From positions 3,390-67,389 of the forward strand of contig JBBANM010000030.1 in NCBI GenBank assembly GCA_040401995.1: DNA of 64,000 nucleotides, in the 5' to 3' direction. Positions 56,751 to 64,000 of the stretch are shown piece after piece. The position numbers and the translations under genes are program-made. Source of the stretch: Saprospiraceae bacterium (GTDB lineage: Bacteria > Bacteroidota > Bacteroidia > Chitinophagales > Saprospiraceae). The notes under the pieces are model-generated. The model searched no databases, was not told where the DNA came from, and worked only from the letters and a program-made list of their open reading frames with translations. How positions within the stretch are numbered: the stretch's first letter is position 1; each line of letters begins with the position of its first letter.

Positions 56751-57480
56751 TGAGCGTTACCTGTGAAAATTGAATACCTATTTCTACCTTGCCAGTTTCC
56801 TGGCTATTGAATGATAGTTTACGAAGATAGGAAAAATCTTGCTTATCTGGCGTTTGATTGTACTCTTCAAAATCCAAATTTAGCTGCCGATCTGCTGCTG
56901 GTTCAATGTATTGCATGTTGCGCAGGCGAAAAGTTGCCGACTCTAACGAATAGCGCACTTCTTTGTCGGTTGATTTATCCAAAAGTTCTAATCGATCTCC
57001 GTTGGTATTGCTACTAAGATTGCGGGATAGAAAAAATGGATTGCCCAAAAGAATTTGCTGTAGGATGGTAAAGCTAGGCGGTAATTGGTATTCTTTGGCC
57101 AGGTATTCTAAGCCATAAGAAGCATAATCATCGTTGAAGCGATCAAGAATGTAAACGGAATCAGGAGTAATCAGCGCTCGGGCCACTTCAAAACCTAGTT
57201 TGCGCAATGAAATCCAAACGGCGCTGTCTTTTTGCATTTTGATCAAAGCGGTGCCTTGAATCGACAAGCTAGTGCTATGAAAGTCAATTTTTGCCTTTCC
57301 ATCCAGCCATTTTGCTTTGACCTGTTGCGTTTCAAGCTTGCGCAAAATTGCTTGGGTTGAGTTGGGGTTTTCTTCCGTTTTAGTTACTTTTTTGATGGTA
57401 TTGCATCCCATCAAGCCTAAGGCGGCAAAAAAAGCAAACGCGTAAAAAAGTCGGATCGAGAAAGACATAAGGTTATTCAT
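56695..57480 (-). CDS. DUF4292-like (LolB-like) lipoprotein
   Basis: 261 aa with lipobox 'FFAALGLMGC'. It sits between the TPR and M23 genes, the conserved Bacteroidota arrangement as I recall it. Confidence 0.65.
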   Translation of the reverse strand: MNNLMSFSIRLFYAFAFFAALGLMGCNTIKKVTKTEENPNSTQAILRKLETQQVKAKWLDGKAKIDFHSTSLSIQGTALIKMQKDSAVWISLRKLGFEVARALITPDSVYILDRFNDDYASYGLEYLAKEYQLPPSFTILQQILLGNPFFLSRNLSSNTNGDRLELLDKSTDKEVRYSLESATFRLRNMQYIEPAADRQLNLDFEEYNQTPDKQDFSYLRKLSFNSQETGKVEIGIQFSQVTLNVPTTMPFDVPAKFKKGK

Positions 57481-59164
57481 ATAGTTTTTTATCGGCTATT
57501 TTTTTCTTCAAAATGGCGGAAAAACTCCCGTTTTTGATGGCTTGTTCCCATTGCAATGATGCGCCATTGGTATCGCCTAATTTATAAAGTACATCTCCAA
57601 AATGCTCCAACAGCAGCGGATTGGCTTTATTTACCAAAGGTTCCAGCAAGACTTTGGCTTCTGCCAGGTTGTTGTTTTTGTATTTTGCCCGAGCAAGATA
57701 TTGTATAATTTCTGCTGATTGCCCATCCAATTCGTAAGCTTTTTGAGCGATGGTCAAGGCTTGTTCTATTGAATTGGCGCGCATGCTGAGGCTATAGGCT
57801 TGTCGGGCGAGCGTAATTGCCGAAGTGGGGTTGAGCTGCAATGCCTGGTTAAAAAGCGGATCTGCAGCCGTGAAATTTTCTTGCGCGCTAAAAACCAGGG
57901 CTTGTAAGCTGAGAATTTGTTGCCTCAAGGTCACATCTTTAGCACTAATGGGCAATGCCTGATCCAACCAATCGGCCGAGGCGGTATAATTGCTCAACAA
58001 AAAATTGGCCCACCCGGCCATTAAATACGGATAAGGCTTATTGGGGAAAATTTCAGTTGCTGCTGCACATTTTTGGGCTAATGTTTTGCAATCTCCAAGA
58101 GCTTGGTAGCATTGCAGTAATTTTTCCCAAACGGGATATTCGGCATCATCGAGCTCTAAAGCTTTGAAGTATTTTTCTGCTGCACTCTTACTGTTTCCGC
58201 CCATCCGATACACATCACCAGTGATTGCGAAAGCTTTAGCCTCAGAGGGGTGTACGCGTTCTAAAACAGCCGCTAAATCCAACAGACTTTGATCTGGCGT
58301 TTGAACTACTTTCAACAAAGGCTGTAATTTGGCTATTTTCAAATTGATGGCTACCGATGGATCTTCAAAAGAGGCCAGAAGGTTATTTAAAGGGGTGGTT
58401 GCACTGTTCTTAACCTCGGCAGTCAATGCCATTTTGGCGCGCGCCGATTTGGGGTCGATGTTTAAAATGGATTGATAAACAGATTTGGCTTGTGCTTTAT
58501 CACCAATTTTTTCAAAAAAATCGGCCAAAGCATAGTGATAGTCAATATTTTTTGGAAAAGCAGTCACGAGTCGCTGCAATTCTTTAGCTGCTTTTTTGTT
58601 ATCCCCTAAAGCTGCATAGATCGCATGTTTTTGACGCAGCGCTTCAGCATTTGTGCCCGTACGTTTTTCTAACTCATCTAATGCTTTGACCGCTGCGGAA
58701 GCTTCACCTGCTTTTTGCAACAGTTCAGCCCATTTAAAGTAATAGCTGGTTTGGGTAGGATATAACTTGATAAGTTCCTCATAAACTTTTGCCGCATCGG
58801 CTGATTTATCCATTTTCTGGTTGATATCAGCTACCAACAGGCGGTACCAAACGTTGGTTGGTTCAGATTGAACAGCTAGCTGCGCCAATCGCAGGGCTTC
58901 TTCGTAATGTTGGGCGTGCAAGTGTAGGCGTGCTGACTCGTAAGCAGCAAGAGCGTCATTGGGAATACGTTCTATTATTTTTTGATAAATACCTAGTGCT
59001 TTTTCTTCATTGCCAAGCATTTTTTCCCTGCTGGCTTCCACGACTAGTTTTTCAATCTCGATCCTGTCTTTACCAGGCTCGGTGACTTGGGCAACTAGTG
59101 TGCCTTGAAAAAAGATTACCATTAAAAAAAAGATTAAACCGCTGAACTGCTGCTTCCTACGCAT
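57473..59164 (-). CDS. TPR-repeat protein with N-terminal signal anchor
   Basis: 'MRRKQQFSGLIFFLMVIFFQGTLVAQ' from the ATG at 59164 (the ORF extends to 59230). There are more than 10 TPR units. Confidence 0.8.
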   Translation of the reverse strand: MRRKQQFSGLIFFLMVIFFQGTLVAQVTEPGKDRIEIEKLVVEASREKMLGNEEKALGIYQKIIERIPNDALAAYESARLHLHAQHYEEALRLAQLAVQSEPTNVWYRLLVADINQKMDKSADAAKVYEELIKLYPTQTSYYFKWAELLQKAGEASAAVKALDELEKRTGTNAEALRQKHAIYAALGDNKKAAKELQRLVTAFPKNIDYHYALADFFEKIGDKAQAKSVYQSILNIDPKSARAKMALTAEVKNSATTPLNNLLASFEDPSVAINLKIAKLQPLLKVVQTPDQSLLDLAAVLERVHPSEAKAFAITGDVYRMGGNSKSAAEKYFKALELDDAEYPVWEKLLQCYQALGDCKTLAQKCAAATEIFPNKPYPYLMAGWANFLLSNYTASADWLDQALPISAKDVTLRQQILSLQALVFSAQENFTAADPLFNQALQLNPTSAITLARQAYSLSMRANSIEQALTIAQKAYELDGQSAEIIQYLARAKYKNNNLAEAKVLLEPLVNKANPLLLEHFGDVLYKLGDTNGASLQWEQAIKNGSFSAILKKKIADKKLYE

Positions 59165-59268
59165 AAGACCATCATTTATCCCTGAAACTTGGCGCTTATA
59201 AAAAGTAATTTTTCCATAAGCGCCAAGCAATATACAACAAGCAGCCAGCTGATTAGGTTGCTTGCGTA

Positions 59269-60276
59269 TTATTTTTGAATCACTGTAAAGTCTCCAATGC
59301 TCAATTCTTGAAGGTGCGCCAAGTAATGTACCTGATTGCCCACCATCGATCTTGACAAAGTAGCAGAAGTGATTACCGTATCATTTTGTATAACGCTATC
59401 TTGTACAACCGAATTTTCTACCCGGCAATTGCTTCCCAAAGATACAAAAGGACCAACTACCGTATTGACCAGTTTGGTGTTGGCGCCAATGTGGCAAGGC
59501 GGGATCACCACACTATTTTCCAATACCACTCCAGGTTCCATTTGATTTTGGTCGCCTTGTTTCAATTCTAGTATTCGCCGATTGGTATCCAGAACATTGT
59601 CTTTGTTGCCACAATCTAGCCACTCATCAATGATAGCTGGACGAAATCGAGATCCTAGGTTTTTCATATTTTCCAAAACCGAAGTTATTTGGAACTCGCC
59701 TTTATCCCGCAAGTTATTATCGATCAAATATTGTATTTCCTGCCGAAAATAGTCGCCATCGCGGAAATAATAAATCCCTACAATGGCCATATCCGATACG
59801 AAGACAGGAGATTTTTCTACAAATTCCGTAATCACGTCATTCTCATCTACTTGAATGACCCCAAAGTTGGCCGGATTATCCACCCGTTTTACCCAAATGA
59901 TACCATCTTCTTCTTGGTTGAAAGAAAAATTAGCTTTAAACAAGGTGTCAGCAAAAACTACGATGGTTGGCCCGCTCAGGCTTTCTTTGGCACAATAAAT
60001 GGCATGTGCCGGACCCATAGGATCTTCTTGGTGGTAAATGGAGCACTTGGCGCCAACCCCTTCGGCAATTGCACAAAGCTGTTTTTCTACAGCTAAACCA
60101 AAATCACCAATCACAAAAGCGATTTCATCTATTTGAACATCCAAGGAGGCGCTGAAATCTTCAACAATCCATTGAACGATGGGCTTTCCGGCAATGGGAA
60201 TGAGCGGTTTAGGTACAGTCAGGGTGTGAGGGCGAAGTCTGGAACCACGCCCAGCCATGGGAATAATAATTTTCAT
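59269..60276 (-). CDS. Sugar-phosphate nucleotidyltransferase with C-terminal left-handed beta-helix
   Basis: 335 aa. 'MKIIIPMAGRGSRLRPHTLTVPKPLIPIAGKPIV'. The C-terminus carries hexapeptide-like repeats. Confidence 0.85.
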   Translation of the reverse strand: MKIIIPMAGRGSRLRPHTLTVPKPLIPIAGKPIVQWIVEDFSASLDVQIDEIAFVIGDFGLAVEKQLCAIAEGVGAKCSIYHQEDPMGPAHAIYCAKESLSGPTIVVFADTLFKANFSFNQEEDGIIWVKRVDNPANFGVIQVDENDVITEFVEKSPVFVSDMAIVGIYYFRDGDYFRQEIQYLIDNNLRDKGEFQITSVLENMKNLGSRFRPAIIDEWLDCGNKDNVLDTNRRILELKQGDQNQMEPGVVLENSVVIPPCHIGANTKLVNTVVGPFVSLGSNCRVENSVVQDSVIQNDTVITSATLSRSMVGNQVHYLAHLQELSIGDFTVIQK

Positions 60277-60560
60277 ACGTGATTTGAATTTAATTTAAGC
60301 GTTCTGTAAAATGCAGTTTTTTTGGTCTTGAACGATGTATTTTAATTAGAGTGTGTTTTGATTTTTAGTTAGGAAGCGAAAAAGAGTCAAAATTTGCAGC
60401 GCGAATAAAAAATCCGAACACACTTTAAATTACCAAAGTGTTTACGAATAATTTTTATAACTGTTTGATTTTCGCGGATAAAATAGTGGATAAAAACGGG
60501 ATTATTTCGCTACAAAGGGCTTCCCAATATAATTTATCCCAATTTCCATGCAACAAGGAC

Positions 60561-60606
60561 AAAAAAGAAGATGCCTTTGGAATCAAAACGAGTAGACTCC
60601 AAAGGC
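60561..60606 (-). terminator. Rho-independent terminator after pyk
   Basis: Stem 'gcctttgga' (60573-60581) pairs with 'tccaaaggc' (60598-60606). On the minus strand it is followed by 'cttcttttttg'. Confidence 0.6.
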
Positions 60607-60624
60607 AAAAATCTTTTCAAACCC

Positions 60625-62067
60625 TTATTCTACAATGGTAACTTTCATCATATTGGTACGATGTCTGCGTTCCAACGGCATGGTTGCCGTGTTCACAACG
60701 ATATCGCCTACATTAATAATCCCCTCATTTTTCAAGATTTGTGTCACATCCGTTATGGTTTCATCCGTAGTTGTAAAGCGGTCATAGTAGAAGCACTTCA
60801 CCCCCCACACTAAATTCAATGTGGCCAGCATGCTCATTTTATCTGAGAAAATGTAGATGCCCGTAGCATTATGAGGACGGTAGCTCGACAATTTGAATGC
60901 CGTGTAGCCAGAGCTCGTCATCCCAATGATGGCTTTTGCTTTAATATCTTCGGCTGTTTTAGCAGCATTGAAACATACCGCATCAGAAAGAAAAGTTCTA
61001 GACTTTGCGGAAGGAACCGGACGACGATCAGCAAAAGTGAAAAATTTCTCTGCTTCCTTGATGATTTTCACCATCGATTCCACCACTACTTTCGGGTGTT
61101 TACCTACTGAAGTTTCGCCGCTGAGCATTACGGCATCGGCACCATCCAATACCGCATTGGCAACGTCAGTTACCTCCGCACGGGTTGGAGTAGGACTGGT
61201 AATCATGCTATCCATCATTTGTGTGGCAACGATTACCGGGCGGGCACGTTGGATGCATTTTTTTACAATCATCTTTTGCAAACCAGGAACTTGCTCGATG
61301 GGTACTTCAATCCCAAGGTCGCCACGAGCTACCATGATACCGTTTGAAGCTTTGATGATTTTATCGATTTTCTCGATTGCTTCTGGTTTTTCGATTTTGG
61401 CAATGATCTTGGCTGGGTGACCGCGTTCATCCAAAATATTACGCAACTGGCGAATATCTTTTGCTGTGCGTACAAATGAAAGCGCGATCCAGTTGATCGG
61501 TTGTGTGAGCATAAACTCAAGGTCGATCAAGTCTTTTTCTGTCAAAGAAGGTAATGAAACCTTAGTATTGGGCAAGTTTACCCCTTTCCGAGAAGAAAGT
61601 GTGCCGCCAAAAAGCACTTTGAGTTTTACGGTGTCCACCCGATTGGTCTCCAATACCTCAAAAACCAGCTTCCCGTCGTCTACCAGAACCTTTTCGCCGG
61701 GCTTAACATCTTTGGGAAATTCCTGGTAACTCATATAAATACGCTCCATATTGCCTTCGCATTTCTCATTGACGAAGGTTACGATGTCGTTTTCCTTGAG
61801 TTCAAGCGCATTATTTTCAATCACGCCAACTCGAAGTTTTGGTCCTTGCAAATCGGCCAAAATGCCTACATGCATGCCATACTTTTCATTGATGTAGGTG
61901 ATGTGGTTGATTACTTGCAAGTGGTCCTCATGTGCGCCATGAGAAAAATTGAGCCGGAAAATGTTTACCCCAGCTCTAGCAAGCTCAAGTAAGGACTCAT
62001 AAGAGCTGATCGCCGGGCCAACTGTGGCGACAATCTTGGTGTTCTTTTCGTGTGCTGGATTTTCCAT
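60625..62067 (-). CDS. pyk: Pyruvate kinase
   Basis: 480 aa. 'TKIVATVGPA', 'NFSHG', 'IIAKIE', 'MVARGDLGIE', 'ATQMMDSM'. Confidence 0.95.
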   Translation of the reverse strand: MENPAHEKNTKIVATVGPAISSYESLLELARAGVNIFRLNFSHGAHEDHLQVINHITYINEKYGMHVGILADLQGPKLRVGVIENNALELKENDIVTFVNEKCEGNMERIYMSYQEFPKDVKPGEKVLVDDGKLVFEVLETNRVDTVKLKVLFGGTLSSRKGVNLPNTKVSLPSLTEKDLIDLEFMLTQPINWIALSFVRTAKDIRQLRNILDERGHPAKIIAKIEKPEAIEKIDKIIKASNGIMVARGDLGIEVPIEQVPGLQKMIVKKCIQRARPVIVATQMMDSMITSPTPTRAEVTDVANAVLDGADAVMLSGETSVGKHPKVVVESMVKIIKEAEKFFTFADRRPVPSAKSRTFLSDAVCFNAAKTAEDIKAKAIIGMTSSGYTAFKLSSYRPHNATGIYIFSDKMSMLATLNLVWGVKCFYYDRFTTTDETITDVTQILKNEGIINVGDIVVNTATMPLERRHRTNMMKVTIVE

Positions 62068-62315
62068 TAGTGCAATTAAAAGTGTTGAGTTTTTGAAAGG
62101 TCAGATGTTTCGGCTGCCAAGAAAACAAATTGTTGCTAACTAAGTGTAAAATATACAATAATTCTTTCGTAAAAGTAAGTTTATATCCCTTAAAATCAAA
62201 TAGTAGATACCCCTGTATTGTAGTTCCTGGAAAAAAAACCTTAAAAACTTTGTTTATCAAGGCAGTTCTATTTTACTTTGCAGGTGCATTCGTAAACCAA
62301 TAAAGCAAGTTTCTT

Positions 62316-62558
62316 ATGTCAAGCATTGCAGAAAGAGTAAGCAAAATCATCGTCGACAAGCTAGGTGTAGACGAATCGGAAATTACCCCAGAAGCTAACT
62401 TCACGAATGATCTGGGAGCTGACTCTCTGGACACGGTTGAGTTAATTATGGAGTTTGAGAAGGAATTCGATATTGCAATTCCCGATGAACAGGCTGAAAA
62501 TATTCAAACTGTTGGTCTAGCTATCAAGTATCTGGAAGAAAACCAGAAGAAGGCGTAA
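62316..62558 (+). CDS. acpP: Acyl carrier protein
   Basis: 80 aa. Phosphopantetheine site '[17 protein letters not shown]'. Confidence 0.95.
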   Translation: MSSIAERVSKIIVDKLGVDESEITPEANFTNDLGADSLDTVELIMEFEKEFDIAIPDEQAENIQTVGLAIKYLEENQKKA

Positions 62559-62578
62559 TTCATTACACTTCGTTAAAT

Positions 62579-62620
62579 CCACGAGCTCATTTGATTATGT
62601 GGCTCGTGGGTTTATTTTTT
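62579..62620 (+). terminator. Hairpin terminator/attenuator between acpP and fabF
   Basis: Stem 'ccacgagc' (62579-62586) pairs with 'gctcgtgg' (62602-62609), followed by 'gtttatttttt'. Confidence 0.65.
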
Positions 62621-62674
62621 CAAGGATGTATTGTATTCTCAAGCTATTCTATTCAGCCCCACAAAAGCCCGAAT

Positions 62675-63928
62675 ATGAGAAGAGTTGTCGTAACTGGTTT
62701 GGGGGCGCTTACTCCCATCGGTAATACCCTTAATGAATACCTTTATGGCCTTCAGAATGGTGTAAGTGGCGCGGGGTTAATTACCCTTTTTGATGCAACC
62801 CAGTTCAAAACCCATTTTGCCTGCGAAGTCAAAAATTTTGATCCTGAAGTTTTTATTGATAAAAAAGAAGCGCGCCGGATCGACCGTTTTACCCAGTTTG
62901 CACTGGTAAGCGCCGACGAAGCCATTGTTGATTCTGGTTTGGATCAGATTTTAGATCAACTTGATGTCGATCGGATTGGCGTTATTTGGGCATCTGGAAT
63001 AGGCGGGTTGCGCTCATTAGAAGAAGAGATTGAAGGATTTTCAGCCGGCAATGGTACGCCGCGCTACAATCCTTTTATGATACCTAAAATGATTGCAGAT
63101 ATTGCCGCTGGGCAAATATCCATCAAATATGGTTTTAGAGGTATAAACTATGCTACCGTTTCTGCTTGTGCTTCTGCCTCACACGCCATTATGAATAGTT
63201 TCGATGCCATCCGATTGGGTCGGAATGATATCATCGTCACCGGCGGATCTGAAGCTGCAGTTACTAAAGCAGGAATTGGTGGGTTTAATGCCATGAAAGC
63301 ACTTTCTACTCGTAATGATAATTTCAAAACGGCTTCTCGTCCTTTTGATCTAGATCGCGATGGTTTTGTGCTTGGCGAAGGAGCTGGTTCCTTAATATTA
63401 GAAGATCTGGAACACGCAAAAAAACGCGGCGCCAAAATATATGCCGAAATCGTAGGCGGTGGTGCTACTGCGGATGCGTATCATGTAACTGCACCTCATC
63501 CCGAAGGATTGGGTGCTCAAAACGTGATGCGGGTAGCTTTAGCCGATGCTCATTTGACTATATCTGATATCGATTACATCAACGTACATGGTACTTCAAC
63601 ACCATTGGGCGATGTAGCCGAAGTTAGAGCTATTCAAAAAGTATTTGGCGATCATGCTTATTCGCTCAACATCAGCTCCACAAAATCGATGACGGGTCAT
63701 TTGCTGGGCGCAGCTGGCGCCATTGAAGCAATTGCCAGTATTTTGGCCATTGTGCACCAATTTGCCCCCCCTACTATCAATCATTTCACTGATGACCCCG
63801 AATTGGACAGCCGCCTAAACTTGACCTTTAACCAAGCTCAAGAGCGTAAGGTTAAGGCTGTAATGAGCAACACGTTTGGCTTTGGCGGCCACAACTCTTC
63901 AGTAGTATTCAAACAGTTTGAAGACTAA
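62675..63928 (+). CDS. fabF: 3-oxoacyl-ACP synthase II
   Basis: 'MRRVVVTGLGALTPIG', active-site 'SACASASHAI', 'NVHGTSTPLGD', 'SNTFGFGGHNSS'. The ATG at 62675 is preferred over 62591. Confidence 0.95.
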   Translation: MRRVVVTGLGALTPIGNTLNEYLYGLQNGVSGAGLITLFDATQFKTHFACEVKNFDPEVFIDKKEARRIDRFTQFALVSADEAIVDSGLDQILDQLDVDRIGVIWASGIGGLRSLEEEIEGFSAGNGTPRYNPFMIPKMIADIAAGQISIKYGFRGINYATVSACASASHAIMNSFDAIRLGRNDIIVTGGSEAAVTKAGIGGFNAMKALSTRNDNFKTASRPFDLDRDGFVLGEGAGSLILEDLEHAKKRGAKIYAEIVGGGATADAYHVTAPHPEGLGAQNVMRVALADAHLTISDIDYINVHGTSTPLGDVAEVRAIQKVFGDHAYSLNISSTKSMTGHLLGAAGAIEAIASILAIVHQFAPPTINHFTDDPELDSRLNLTFNQAQERKVKAVMSNTFGFGGHNSSVVFKQFED

Positions 63929-63941
63929 CGCTTGCTTGCTC

Positions 63942-63984
63942 CAGTAGACCGAATTTTATTATTTATTCGTTCTACTGTTTTTAT
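63942..63984 (+). terminator. Rho-independent terminator after fabF
   Basis: Stem 'cagtagaccgaa' (63942-63953) pairs with 'ttcgttctactg' (63966-63977) with one mismatch, followed by 'tttttat'. Confidence 0.6.
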
Positions 63985-64000
63985 TGAGCGCAATGTTCGG

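Overview
This window looks like a chromosomal segment of a Bacteroidota genome. The evidence is two proteins with T9SS C-terminal sorting domains, the DUF4271-hemD pair, a TPR-DUF4292-M23 peptidase operon, and a TTTG/TAnnTTTG-type promoter motif. I support about 47 protein-coding genes, mostly housekeeping: icmF, ettA, secA, hflX, pyk, acpP-fabF, anmK, fadD, an acyl-CoA dehydrogenase, an ECF sigma/anti-sigma module and a two-component system. I saw no rRNA, tRNA or CRISPR array. Three things stand out. (1) At 10408-13652 there is a translationally coupled two-gene cassette. It encodes a 119-aa Trypco-like protein and a 961-aa trypsin-protease / NACHT STAND NTPase / pentapeptide-repeat protein. 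I consider it a candidate, experimentally uncharacterised conflict (anti-phage) system; it sits between two hairpins (the downstream one weak) and has no mobility genes. (2) A 157-bp nested-palindrome MITE family has five full copies and one 30-bp remnant. Every copy is flanked by a perfect 3-bp TTA or TAA direct duplication, and one copy is inserted exactly at a gene's stop codon. (3) Further structured intergenic palindromes lie at 49201-49427 and 42971-43132, and there is an orphan HD-like/Pycsar-effector-like membrane protein. All family assignments come from motif recognition by eye and need HMM or BLAST confirmation.
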